Notes under the pieces: generated by a model | The model's input: the letters and a program-made list of their open reading frames with translations, nothing else | Told to the model about the DNA's origin: nothing | The model's database searches: none | NCBI GenBank assembly: GCA_045128735.1 | Contig: JBGVRT010000017.1 | Span: forward strand, 7,998 to 71,997 | DNA length: 64,000 nucleotides | Source: Eubacteriales bacterium | GTDB lineage: Bacteria > Bacillota > Clostridia > Oscillospirales > CAG-272 | Direction of reading: 5' to 3' | Made by a program: the position numbers and the translations under genes | In this document: piece after piece, positions 47,137-57,150 of the stretch | How the letters are laid out: each line of letters opens with the position of its first letter | Position numbering within the stretch: position 1 is the stretch's first letter

Positions 47137-48624
47137 TCAAACGAGATTGTCGGCGTCCTCAGCCGTAGTGTATGTAAGTACGTCATCAGCCTCAACGTCG
47201 CGTCCGAGCTCCTTATTCATCTTTGCAAGGGTCTTCTTGTCAAGGTTGTAAATAAGAGCAAGTCCTACAAACTGCATAATCGCCGCAACAAGGAAGAGTG
47301 CCGCAACGAGAACACGAAGGTTAACCGCTACGTCCCAAGAAAGGAGAGTAACGTCTATCTTAGCGTTTCCGAATTCGTCAACAGCGTTGTTAACGTAGCC
47401 AAGGCTGTTCATAATAACGAGAGCAACCGCAGGACCTACGCCCTGAGCGAGCTTACGGAAGAAGGAGTGAAGCGAATAAACAACGCCCTCCTCGCGCTTG
47501 CCCGTTTTCCACTCGTTGTAGTCGATTGCATCGCCCATCATTGCCCATGAAACTGTGGAGTAGATGCCGAGACCAAGGCTGTAGACAAGCTGGCAAAGGA
47601 TGTAGATTACAAGGTCGAGACCTGTGTTATCGGGTGTGATTATGAAAAGTCCGAGACCGCCGATAATAGAGCAGATAGCACCCACAACCGAAAGCTCCTT
47701 CTTGCCGTACTTTGTAACCATCTTACGCGCAAGAGGGGTGAACACTACGATAGGAATCATAGCGAAGAGCTGGACGATACCCGATATCTTGGTATTCTTG
47801 AAGTAAATCTGGAAAACTACCGAAACTGCTGTAGCCGCACCCTGCATACCGATAAACATACCCATAGCCGCGATGGTTGCGCCAACTGCGGGGCGGTTAA
47901 GACAGAAGTTCTTGAGTGCCGCAAAAACGTTGAACTTGGGCTGTTCCTCGTTAAGCTTTACGTCGGTATCAACACGAAGCTCGGTGTTCTTTATCATAAA
48001 CTGGAAGCAGATAAAGCCGAGCACGCCCATAATAAGTGCCGCGATAAACACCTTTACGCCGTTAAGCGATTCGTCGGGGTTGTAGATAATAAAGGGGAGA
48101 ATAACCATAGGAAGCATATTTCCTACCATAGAGCCGATAGAACGCCAAGCCGAAAGCGAAGCGCGGTCCGCGGGGTCGTTGGAAATAAGCGAGAGAAGCG
48201 AGCCGTAAGGCACGTTTGCGATAGTGTAAAAGGCATCCCAGATTACGTAACCCGCAATAAAGATGATAAACTTAGCCCAAACGGGTGCCTGCGGGAAAGG
48301 CAGGAAGCAGCACGCGCCGCCCACGATAAGTCCTATAGAGCCTGCCCAGATGTAGGCAAGGAACTTATTTTTCTTATACTTGCGTCTGTCGGCGTCGATG
48401 ATAGAGCCGATAAGTGGGTCGTTGATAGCGTCCCAGAACTGAACGATAACGAGAAGGAGCGAGTACCAAAGACCCATACCCATTACCTGAGTCCAGAAAA
48501 GTGCCATCGTTCCCTTGAGCGCGAAGCTCATGTTACATCCAAGATCGCCTGCGGCATACGCCACGCTGTCTCTTATGCCGAAAGCGCGCTTGCCGTTTGC
48601 ATCAAGCTTTGGTGCTTTTTTCAT
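47137..48624 (-). CDS. glycoside-pentoside-hexuronide (GPH):cation symporter family transporter
   Basis: 495 aa with about 12 TM segments and a GPH-type N-terminal pattern (D...YAAGD.G.N..F). Confidence 0.8.
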   Translation of the reverse strand: MKKAPKLDANGKRAFGIRDSVAYAAGDLGCNMSFALKGTMALFWTQVMGMGLWYSLLLVIVQFWDAINDPLIGSIIDADRRKYKKNKFLAYIWAGSIGLIVGGACCFLPFPQAPVWAKFIIFIAGYVIWDAFYTIANVPYGSLLSLISNDPADRASLSAWRSIGSMVGNMLPMVILPFIIYNPDESLNGVKVFIAALIMGVLGFICFQFMIKNTELRVDTDVKLNEEQPKFNVFAALKNFCLNRPAVGATIAAMGMFIGMQGAATAVSVVFQIYFKNTKISGIVQLFAMIPIVVFTPLARKMVTKYGKKELSVVGAICSIIGGLGLFIITPDNTGLDLVIYILCQLVYSLGLGIYSTVSWAMMGDAIDYNEWKTGKREEGVVYSLHSFFRKLAQGVGPAVALVIMNSLGYVNNAVDEFGNAKIDVTLLSWDVAVNLRVLVAALFLVAAIMQFVGLALIYNLDKKTLAKMNKELGRDVEADDVLTYTTAEDADNLV

Positions 48625-48760
48625 AGCTTTTTCCTCTTTTCATTTTTACTCGGAACACCGAGTTTTATTCTTTCTTATAGTATAAAAGATAATAGCTTTT
48701 CAACGTGAGTAATTTTTTAATGTGTTTTTGTATTTTTTTCATTTTTGCGATAAAACTATG

Positions 48761-48789
48761 TTGATTTTTCACAAAAGAAGTGTTATAAT
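48761..48789 (+). promoter_or_regulatory. sigma-A type promoter of the AraC-family gene
   Basis: TTGATT, 17 nt spacer, TGtTATAAT. The track ORF start at 48792 would sit 3 nt after the -10 box, so 48831 is preferred. Confidence 0.65.
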
Positions 48790-48830
48790 AAATGCGTAAG
48801 TTAAAAAATTTCACAATAAAAGGAGTATGT

Positions 48831-50042
48831 ATGTTTTACCAAAACGAGCTTTCCTTTCTTTGCGATATTCTAAAAAAAAGCCGAATAAACGTACACACGG
48901 TAGCACTTGCCGATCTTGACAAATCCATATCCGACGGCTATCTTGACGAGCTGTTCGCGGACGGCGACCGCTTCCGCGGTAAGCTTCCCGACTTTGCACC
49001 GCAAACGCTGTACCGATTCAGAGATAAATTTGAGCGGAACTATCTTTTTATGCAGCTTGTTGACAGCGACGAGCCGACGGTTTTGTGCGTTGGTCCTTAC
49101 CTCGCCTCTGCCCTGTCGGAGCAGAGGATACTTGAGATAGGTGAGCTTAACGGAATCTCACCGCAAAAGCAACGCTACGTATCCGAATACTACATGGCAC
49201 TTCCCATAGTCGAGGACAGCAGCCCAATATCCACGGTGATAACCACGTTTTGCGAAAGGGTTTGGGGCACACCGTCCTTTGCCGTAATCGACGTCACCAA
49301 CCAACCTTCCGCGCCCTACGCGCCCATGAGCCGTTCTATGGTAAACGACGGTACAGCCGACTCGCTGATAAATCTCAAGGCAATGGAAATGCGTTATTCG
49401 TTTGAAAACGAGCTGATGCGGGCGGTCTCTCTCGGTCAGCCCCATATGGAGGACAGGTTAAAGGAGGCTTTTTCGCCCGAAATGTTCGAAAAGCGAGCCG
49501 CCGACCCACTTCGCAACGCCAAAAATTACGGTGTGATAATGAACACTCTGCTCAGAAAAGCGGCGGAAAACGGCGGTGTGCATCCCTTATATCTTGATAG
49601 AATGTCATCGGAATTTGCCCACAAAATAGAGGCTCTTCCCTCGCTTTCCGAGAGCGCGAAGCTGATGTGCGAAATGTTCCGAGGATACTGCCGACTCGTG
49701 CGCAAGCACTCGCTGGGAAGCCTTGCGCCGCTTGTGCAAAAGACAATAATGATAATAGATGCCGACCTCTCCGCCGACATTTCGCCAAGCTCGCTTGCTA
49801 AGGCGCAGGGCATATCGCTCGGCTACCTTTCCACGCTGTTTAAGAAAGAGACGGGGAAAACTCTTTCCGAGTACATCTGCGAAAGACGAATGGAATACGC
49901 GGCGTATCTTTTGCGAACCACCTCGCTGCAAATTCAGACCATTGCTCTGCACTGCGGTATTCTTGATGTTCAGTATTTTTCAAAGATATTCAAAAAATAT
50001 CTCAACCTCACCCCAAGCCAATACCGCACGGAGAACAAATAG
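48831..50042 (+). CDS. AraC-family transcriptional regulator
   Basis: AGGAG SD and a C-terminal double HTH (LAKAQGISLGYLSTLFKKETG ... IALHCGILDVQYFSKIFKK). Confidence 0.85.
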   Translation: MFYQNELSFLCDILKKSRINVHTVALADLDKSISDGYLDELFADGDRFRGKLPDFAPQTLYRFRDKFERNYLFMQLVDSDEPTVLCVGPYLASALSEQRILEIGELNGISPQKQRYVSEYYMALPIVEDSSPISTVITTFCERVWGTPSFAVIDVTNQPSAPYAPMSRSMVNDGTADSLINLKAMEMRYSFENELMRAVSLGQPHMEDRLKEAFSPEMFEKRAADPLRNAKNYGVIMNTLLRKAAENGGVHPLYLDRMSSEFAHKIEALPSLSESAKLMCEMFRGYCRLVRKHSLGSLAPLVQKTIMIIDADLSADISPSSLAKAQGISLGYLSTLFKKETGKTLSEYICERRMEYAAYLLRTTSLQIQTIALHCGILDVQYFSKIFKKYLNLTPSQYRTENK

Positions 50043-50082
50043 CGGCAAAGGCGGTGGGGAGACGGGAGAACAGGGAGGCGGT

Positions 50083-50338
50083 CGCTTTTTGTAAAAAGCT
50101 CCGCAAAAACTTTTCGGAAGTTTCTTTGTTATGGTTGGGTGACTCGACGGTAAATTGGTGTTTAGCGGCGAAGACCCGCTTCGCTCACAAGGTCGCAAGC
50201 GACCTGCCCGCAGCCCTATAGGTCAGCGCACCGTTGTTTGTGCGAACATAGTGCCACGCGTCCCACTCGGTGTCTAAACAACACCTCGTTAGCTTTGGAC
50301 GACCGATAAATTGGTGTTTGAAGGTGTGTTCGCACCGC
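50083..50338. repeat. mosaic intergenic repeat, locus B
   Basis: Module 1 at 50083-50116, module 2 at 50135-50165, and a second module-2 copy cgaccgataaattggtgtttgaaggtgtgttcgcaccgc at 50300-50338. Confidence 0.8.
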
Positions 50339-50372
50339 TAAACAATAATTTTTACCTCCATCAAATATTTTA

Positions 50373-50402
50373 AGGGGATGTCCGTTTAACGAGACATCCC
50401 CT
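50373..50402. terminator. hairpin at the 3' end of the large hydrolase gene
   Basis: aggggatgtc-N10-gacatcccct. The T-runs are weak on both strands. Confidence 0.45.
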
Positions 50403-50417
50403 TTTAGTAATGCATGA

Positions 50418-53400
50418 TTATTTATGAATTGAATCAAAGTAATCGATAAGGCTGAAAATGTTATCAGTTATAAGCTTCATCGAGTCTGTAAGCTCCTTAT
50501 ACATATTCATCTTATTATCGTAAATACCCTTATTCGAGCCAAGGTTTGAGGTGTCGCCCTCACCCTTGTAGTGAACCTTAAGAGACGGAGCAAAGGCAGG
50601 TCCGTTCTCAACAACGTCACCCGTAAGTACGTTTGTATACGCGCTTATCTCGCCGTTCTGATAGTCGTACGCGCGGTAAAGATTTCCGCCCTCGTCAACA
50701 AATATTGTCTGGTCGTTATCTCTGAAGCGGTACCATGTCCAACCTACGCAAGTCTGCGACTCGAGAAGCACAAGCGTATAGTTCTCGTAATAAGCCGCTC
50801 TGTCTGCCTGTGTCTTAACTATAGAGCCCGCATTGGTCTGATTTCCAAAGCCATAGCCGTTCATATCCACGGCGTCGTCTGCCTTTGTGAAGAACTCTGT
50901 TACGATAAAGGGCTTGCCCGTATACTTGTACATATACTGAATAGTCTCTATCGAGGGAGTAAGACCGCCGTAAAGGTTTACTGTAAGCACGTCAACGTAC
51001 TTGGACGCCGCGCGGAGGTAGCCCTCGCTGGTCTTGTTCTCGGAGTGGATTCTGTTGCCGAGATACATATAGTGACCAAGTCCGCCGTTGTCAATAGCTT
51101 CGGTGATAACCTTATAGTATCTGTTATATACGAACGCCTTAAACTCCTCGGACATCTCGTCGGTAACGTCGGTTACAGACGGGTTGGGGTTGCCCGTATG
51201 CTTGATAAGCCAAGTCCAAGCCGTAGCGTAGGAGAAGGCGTTAACGGGCTCGGTGGGGTCAATGGTAAGATAGCAGTAAAGCATATCTGTCTGCGAGGGT
51301 ATCTCGTTATCCGAGTAAAGACCGAGAACGAAGGGGCTGTTTCTGTACTGCTCACCTACAGCGGCAACCTTGCCTTCGCAATAGGTAATGAAGTCGGGGT
51401 CAAACACGTTCATGGTGTTGTTGTGAAGAAACTTAGCCGAACCGCCTGTAGAAATGCCAAGCGCAAGACTTCCGCTGCCCATATAACCCGAAATACATCC
51501 AAGGCTTACGGCTCTTGAAAGCTTGTTCTGATCAAAGAGTCCTGCCGCACCGCCCCAATAGGTATTGATACCGATTGATCTCAGCTCGGTTGCAACCTCA
51601 CGGCAGAAGTTTTCTTCGCTACCGTACTTTGCAAGCGAAGCCTCTATCTGATTTGTTGTTGCGCCAACCTCGGCGGTGTTGATACCCGTCGCAAAGAAGG
51701 GATTTCCAAGCGGGTCAATAATGTACGTGCGGACACCGTGCTTTTCGGTATGGAAATAGCCCGTAGCCTCGCCCTTTATACCCGAATTGGTAATTCCGCC
51801 GTACTCGTCGTACTCGGAAATCTCACCGGGATTGAAGCCCGTAAGGCTATCAAGCGAACGAGCGTAAACCTTTGCGTTCCACTTCTGTGCGGGCGAGTTT
51901 GACTTCCAATCAACCTTTACGGTGTAGTCGCCCACAGGTTGTGTATTCGCCACGTCCTTAAGTCCTACAGTCTCATAAGGCTCGTGACCGTAAAGCGCAT
52001 CGTAATCATGCTTGAACCATTCGTTTACTATCTGCTCGGCGTAGCCCCAAGGCTCATAGCCTATATTCTTAAGCTTACCGAGGTTGATTTCGTGGTTGTA
52101 CATAATGGGATAAACCACAAGCTTGGGAGCGCCGGTTTCAGATTCTGAAGACGCAATACTGCCCTCTCCGCCCGTCTCCACCTCAACGTTGGAGATCTTG
52201 AAGGCTACCTGACCGTCCTTGGCGTGCTTGATAACGTAATCGGTAACGTCAACCTGAGTGTATTCCTTAGAAACGTAACGAACGTCGCCGATGTACTCAA
52301 TTTCGCCTGCAAGGTCATTGCAGTTTCTTCCGTTAAGCTCGGTCTCTGTCCAATTTGTGTCAACTCCGCAAATATCGGCAAGAATACCGCCCTCTGCCTT
52401 TTCCTCATCGGAAAGCGCGCGGTGGCTCTTGGAGTAGAACTCAAGATATATACGGCTTGAAGAGGTAAGTCTTTTAATAGCTATATCAGAGAAGGCAAAC
52501 TTGATGTAAACGTGACGCGTGTACTGATTGTTCTGACCCGACTCCTTGATAACAAGGTTTACGTTATTACCGAAATTCTCCTCTGTGCCAAGTCTTACAA
52601 AGGTGTCGTCGGTAGGAGTAGCGGTGTACTCAACCGAGCTTCCGCCAATGGTAAAGGTGGGATATCCGTCCGCGGATTCTCCCGAATAGATAAGTATAGC
52701 CGCGTCGCCGAAGTAGCGCATTCCGTCCTTTTTGATGTAGGGGCGTACAATTACCTCGGTGTGGATCGAGTTTGCGTCAAGTCCCTCAACAGGGATAGGC
52801 ACGATATATTTTGAGCCAAGCTCTGCAGCGGTGACGGTCTTGCCGTCTGCCACAAGTGACTCGTAAACAGTTGTGATGTTAACGTCCTGCTCCTTTGCCA
52901 CAAGCTCACCGTTTTCGGGGGCAAGAGTGGTAACAAGGAAGCCTGCTCTGCTGTACTCGCTTACGTTTTCGATATTAGTTCCCGCCACAACGCGAAGGTC
53001 GAACTTGCCGCCCTCGGGCTTGGTGGTCTGGTAAGCGACGTAATCTGCCGCCGCCTCCTCAACAAGTCCTATACGGTAGGAGCTGTTGGAGTACACCGAA
53101 ATATTGCTGAAGTATGCGGTATAGGAGTAACGCGCGTCAAAGAAACGCACCTGAGACTTTGCGAGCGTTGTGGGCTTACCTATTTTGTAGCTGAGAAGAT
53201 TCTGTCCGTTGATATAGACCTCACAGAAGCCTGTAAGAGAGCTGATAAGGAAACGGATGTTGAACCATTCGCCAAGCGGAAGCTTTGCCGCGCTCTTCTG
53301 TTCGGGCTTCTCAACAGGTGTTGTGCCCGTGCAGAGATAGCCTTCGTCATCAACGCGTATCGAACGGTAGGTAAGAGCGCCCGACTCACCGCCCGTTATC

Positions 53401-53804
53401 CATGTAACGAAGGACATAGGATATTGGTGCGAGGTCTTTCCTCCCGCCTCACCGGCAGGGTAGGACTCGAAGAACATATCTGCCTCAATCGAGAAAGTAT
53501 CGTAATCGTTAAGAATAGGGGCAAGGTCGTTTATGATGTAGTGACCGCTTCCGTTTACGATACCGAGAGATTTTTTGCCGTGAGCTTCAACAAGCTTTAC
53601 GTTTTTGCCCTCGATAGAGTATTCGGTGCTGCCCATGTTGTCGGTAATATCCGACATTTTGTTGAAGTCAAGCTCCCAAAGGAAATCGGGGAGCGGTTCT
53701 TCGTCAATGTCCACTGCCGCAACAGGCAGAGCGACAAACGCCGAAGCAATCATCATAAGCGCAAGCATAACAGCAAGCGCGCGTGCCGTAAGTTTTCTGT
53801 TCAT
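50418..53804 (-). CDS. large secreted multidomain glycan-active protein with an N-terminal ConA/LamG-like region and a C-terminal clan GH-A-like TIM barrel (family unassigned)
   Basis: 1128 aa with a signal peptide (AVMLALMMIASAFVALPVAA). The C-terminal ~500 aa are paralogous to 54156-56975 (YDEYGGITNSGIKGEATGYF, SDNEIPS, IVTEF, WYRFRDND). Confidence 0.65.
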   Translation of the reverse strand: MNRKLTARALAVMLALMMIASAFVALPVAAVDIDEEPLPDFLWELDFNKMSDITDNMGSTEYSIEGKNVKLVEAHGKKSLGIVNGSGHYIINDLAPILNDYDTFSIEADMFFESYPAGEAGGKTSHQYPMSFVTWITGGESGALTYRSIRVDDEGYLCTGTTPVEKPEQKSAAKLPLGEWFNIRFLISSLTGFCEVYINGQNLLSYKIGKPTTLAKSQVRFFDARYSYTAYFSNISVYSNSSYRIGLVEEAAADYVAYQTTKPEGGKFDLRVVAGTNIENVSEYSRAGFLVTTLAPENGELVAKEQDVNITTVYESLVADGKTVTAAELGSKYIVPIPVEGLDANSIHTEVIVRPYIKKDGMRYFGDAAILIYSGESADGYPTFTIGGSSVEYTATPTDDTFVRLGTEENFGNNVNLVIKESGQNNQYTRHVYIKFAFSDIAIKRLTSSSRIYLEFYSKSHRALSDEEKAEGGILADICGVDTNWTETELNGRNCNDLAGEIEYIGDVRYVSKEYTQVDVTDYVIKHAKDGQVAFKISNVEVETGGEGSIASSESETGAPKLVVYPIMYNHEINLGKLKNIGYEPWGYAEQIVNEWFKHDYDALYGHEPYETVGLKDVANTQPVGDYTVKVDWKSNSPAQKWNAKVYARSLDSLTGFNPGEISEYDEYGGITNSGIKGEATGYFHTEKHGVRTYIIDPLGNPFFATGINTAEVGATTNQIEASLAKYGSEENFCREVATELRSIGINTYWGGAAGLFDQNKLSRAVSLGCISGYMGSGSLALGISTGGSAKFLHNNTMNVFDPDFITYCEGKVAAVGEQYRNSPFVLGLYSDNEIPSQTDMLYCYLTIDPTEPVNAFSYATAWTWLIKHTGNPNPSVTDVTDEMSEEFKAFVYNRYYKVITEAIDNGGLGHYMYLGNRIHSENKTSEGYLRAASKYVDVLTVNLYGGLTPSIETIQYMYKYTGKPFIVTEFFTKADDAVDMNGYGFGNQTNAGSIVKTQADRAAYYENYTLVLLESQTCVGWTWYRFRDNDQTIFVDEGGNLYRAYDYQNGEISAYTNVLTGDVVENGPAFAPSLKVHYKGEGDTSNLGSNKGIYDNKMNMYKELTDSMKLITDNIFSLIDYFDSIHK

Positions 53805-53965
53805 AAAGTTCTCCTTTCAAATGAGGAAGCTAAAAAGTCCCTCAACATACATGAATATTTTATCATATTTTGCCCTTTTCGTCAAGATAAAACCGCACGC
53901 CAATCTGCACAAAACAAGCCCTCTGTTTTTGGGCACTTTGACAACTTGATTCAATACCTCTTGGT

Positions 53966-54061
53966 TTTGGGCGACTCGCAGATAAATTAGTGTTTGAAGG
54001 TGTGTTAGCACTGCACCACGCGAGATTGTCGCTTTTTGAAAAAAGCTCCGCAAAAACTTTC
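53966..54061. repeat. mosaic intergenic repeat, locus C
   Basis: Module 2 at 53966-54011 (tttgggcgactcgcagataaattagtgtttgaaggtgtgttagcac) and module 1 at 54030-54061. The module order is reversed relative to loci A and B. Confidence 0.8.
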
Positions 54062-54109
54062 TTGGCGTGGCTGCAGTGCGAACACACCGCCAAACGCCAA
54101 CTTGTTTAA

Positions 54110-54149
54110 CAAAAAAGCGAGAGGCTATCTCGCGGTGAGACAGCCTCTT
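54110..54149 (-). terminator. intrinsic terminator after the 54156 gene
   Basis: Minus strand gagaggctgtctc-accgc-gagatagcctctc followed by TTTTTT. Confidence 0.65.
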
Positions 54150-54155
54150 CAATAT

Positions 54156-56975
54156 TCATCTCTCGTCAAAAAATTTGATAAGCGAATATTTTTGATTATT
54201 CAACTCTGCCATTTGCCCGGTGAGGGCGGTATACTCCTCACCCTTATTACTGTAAATTCCCTTATTTGCGTCTTTGTTTGAGGGGTCAGCCGAGGGGTCA
54301 CCGGGGTCGTTATCCCAATATTTGAACCAGTCAAATCCCAGACAGTTTTTCCACTCCATAAGCCCAAGCGCAAAGTTGTGATAGTACTTGCCACGCTCGG
54401 TCTGATTTCTTACCGTCCAGCCTGCGCCCGACTTGTTTATCAAGCGGTTATCAGCCTCCCACGCATCCATTCCCTTTGCGTACCACTCGGTTACGATAAA
54501 GGGCACGTCAGACCACTTATCAAGGTTGCAAAGCAAATCCTTTTCGGGTGTCCAATGACCGTAGTAGTTAAAGGATATAGCATCGCACCAATAGCTTGAC
54601 ACGCGGACGATGCTTTCAACTCTGTAGGCTATGCCCGCAATTCGGCTACCGATAAACATATGGTTTGGAACGTATTTGTCAAGCACTTTTCGGCAAATTT
54701 CGTAATACTTATCGTAGACCATTGCTCTGAACTCATCGCGGAGCTCGTCGGTAACGTCTGCGGTGGAAACGTCTGCCTTCCCGGTCTTGAGGTACATAAA
54801 TGTCCATGCGGTGGCGTAAGAATAGTAGGTTCTGTGGTCGGTAGTGTCAAGAGTAAGCGAATTATCAAGCATTTCCCAACCGCTTGGAAGCTCGTTGTCA
54901 CTCATCCAACCGTAGATATATCGGGAATTTTCATATCCCGCAGTCTGCACCCTTACTCTCTCGTCGGCAAAGGTCTCAAATTCGGGGTCAAAGGTCGGGA
55001 ACACGCCCCAGAGGAAGTCTGTTCCCTCTCCCGAATGTGCGTTAAGTCCCTTGGTGGAGGCATAGCCCGCAAGAATAGAGAGAATCTTGGTCTGTGCCAA
55101 AGGCTCGTCTACCTTTATAAGGCTTTCAATATCTGACCAACCGCCGCAGGAGTTGTAGCCAAGCTCACGCATTTTCTCAGTTGCCGACACAGCCCAGGTT
55201 GCAACGTCGCCGTATTTGGCAAGTGAAATCTTTTGCTGATTGGGCGAAGAACCGTGCGCTATCTGCACGCAGGCAACGCGGTAAAAGGGATAGCCCAACG
55301 GGTCGATAGTCCACCATCTGCCGTCAACCTTTTTGGCGTAGAAATAGCCCGTAGCCTCACCATACTTCCCGTTGCCCGTGTAGCCTCCGTATTCGTCGTA
55401 AAGGTCAAGGTCGTCAACCGTGCTCTTGTAGCCCTTAAGTGTATCAACAAGTCTTGTATTAAACTGGGAATAAACCGTGTTTGCACCGTTTGTTTTACTT
55501 GGCAGGCAAGCATCAACCACCACCGTGTACTCGCCCTCGTCGGTCTTTATCTCGGTGGCATCAGGATTGCCGCAATTCTTGATAGTTTCCCATCTTTCAA
55601 GCCAGGTCTTGACATCGGTCATAGCCTTTTCCCAAGGATTGACATCGGTGTATGCAAGATAAGTGTTAAACGATGTCTTTCCGCAAACCACGTCCATGAC
55701 CGGCGCAACTCCGCCTGTCTTTTCTGCCGAGTCAAAGCTCATACGCAAAGGACTGTCGGCAGAGCCTTCAAGGCAGAACGCAACTTCGCTATCGCCGCTT
55801 TCAATAGCCCGCTTTACGTAATCGGTAACGTTAAGCCTTACAACACCTACCGCACCTGCTCTGACGGTGGTAATAAGCGTCTCCTTTTTGGGAAGCGTGT
55901 TCATGGTTACCGTCATTTCCTCCCACTCATATGGGTCACAGCCGTAGACGTTTATATCACGCTGTGAATTGGGGCTCTGCGACGAATAACAGTTAAGAGC
56001 GATCTCCGCCTTTGTCAGGTCATCGCCCTCAAGACTTGAAACGTCGAACTTAAGCAAAATAATTCTGTAAAGATTTGTCACTCCCGCACCCGTATGCTTG
56101 AAGTCAAGCATATCCGATGCACCGAAGTTTACACCGACGTCCTTGCCGCCCTGGACAAAGGTATCCTCAAGCACGGGAATACTCTCGTTTTTAACCGTGG
56201 CAAGACCGAGAATAGAGTCGAGTCCGCTCTTTGACTCCTCGGGCTTGGGCACGCTGATAAGACCGTCATACTTGGCGCTGTCGGTCTTGGTGCCGTAATA
56301 AACCGAGAGTCTCGGTCCCTTTTCGCCCGCCTCGCTTGAGGCGAAATTCATATGCAGACCTGCTTCGGGAGTCTCGTCGCAAATTACAAATGCGACCTCG
56401 GTCATTCCCGCCGCAAGTGCCTGCCTGATATAGTCGGTTACGGGATAGGAGCGCGTTATTTTTTCATTTGTTACGTCGGGAAGCGACGTGATTTTCGAAA
56501 AGAGCACGGGCTGAGTGGCAAAGGTCAGCTTATCGGCATCCCAGGAAGAATCACATCCGTATATGGCGACAGTGGCGTATTTGGGGTCGCCCGAACCGTA
56601 CTGTCTAAGTGCCATAGTAAGGTCTATTTCTACAGACGTAAAATCATTGTCTCCCACAAGACTTGAAATATCAAATTTGAGATATCCGTTTCTTTGAAGC
56701 TTGTTGCTCGCATTTTTTACCTCAATTTTTGCGGACGTGCTGAAATTATCATTGGGAAATCCCGCCTGAACAAAAGTGTCTCCGAACACAGGGATAGTGT
56801 GGTCAAAACGCTCCACTGGCGCGAGGGGCTCGGTTTCAGGCGCATCGGTAACAGTAGGCTCGTCGGTTACAACGGGCTCGTCAGTTATGTCATCGCCCGC
56901 CGTTGTGTCTGCGGGCGCTCCGCAAGCGGTGAGCAACGCAAGTACTGCCAACAAAAGAGCTATTGTTCTTTTCAT
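54156..56975 (-). CDS. lipoprotein with two DNRLRE/CBM-like domains and a C-terminal clan GH-A-like TIM barrel (paralog of 50418-53804)
   Basis: Start at MKRTIALLLAVLALLTACG (lipobox). There are two copies of the D/E-DTFVQ.G....N......... YLKFD.SSL pattern. The C-terminal region has YDEYGGYTGNGKYGEATGYF, SDNELPS, IVTEW and WFKYWDND. Confidence 0.65.
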   Translation of the reverse strand: MKRTIALLLAVLALLTACGAPADTTAGDDITDEPVVTDEPTVTDAPETEPLAPVERFDHTIPVFGDTFVQAGFPNDNFSTSAKIEVKNASNKLQRNGYLKFDISSLVGDNDFTSVEIDLTMALRQYGSGDPKYATVAIYGCDSSWDADKLTFATQPVLFSKITSLPDVTNEKITRSYPVTDYIRQALAAGMTEVAFVICDETPEAGLHMNFASSEAGEKGPRLSVYYGTKTDSAKYDGLISVPKPEESKSGLDSILGLATVKNESIPVLEDTFVQGGKDVGVNFGASDMLDFKHTGAGVTNLYRIILLKFDVSSLEGDDLTKAEIALNCYSSQSPNSQRDINVYGCDPYEWEEMTVTMNTLPKKETLITTVRAGAVGVVRLNVTDYVKRAIESGDSEVAFCLEGSADSPLRMSFDSAEKTGGVAPVMDVVCGKTSFNTYLAYTDVNPWEKAMTDVKTWLERWETIKNCGNPDATEIKTDEGEYTVVVDACLPSKTNGANTVYSQFNTRLVDTLKGYKSTVDDLDLYDEYGGYTGNGKYGEATGYFYAKKVDGRWWTIDPLGYPFYRVACVQIAHGSSPNQQKISLAKYGDVATWAVSATEKMRELGYNSCGGWSDIESLIKVDEPLAQTKILSILAGYASTKGLNAHSGEGTDFLWGVFPTFDPEFETFADERVRVQTAGYENSRYIYGWMSDNELPSGWEMLDNSLTLDTTDHRTYYSYATAWTFMYLKTGKADVSTADVTDELRDEFRAMVYDKYYEICRKVLDKYVPNHMFIGSRIAGIAYRVESIVRVSSYWCDAISFNYYGHWTPEKDLLCNLDKWSDVPFIVTEWYAKGMDAWEADNRLINKSGAGWTVRNQTERGKYYHNFALGLMEWKNCLGFDWFKYWDNDPGDPSADPSNKDANKGIYSNKGEEYTALTGQMAELNNQKYSLIKFFDER

Positions 56976-57150
56976 AAAATTCCCTTTCCTTCCGCATTTT
57001 TTGTTGTTTTTAGGTTCTGTATATTCGATTGTATCACATTTGCCTTCGGCTGTCAATGTGAAAAGCGCATATAAAATTGTGTTTTTTGTACTTTCACAGA
57101 AAACTGTATTATAGGTCACCTCTAAAAAATCACGCAAGCCCCTCGGCTTC

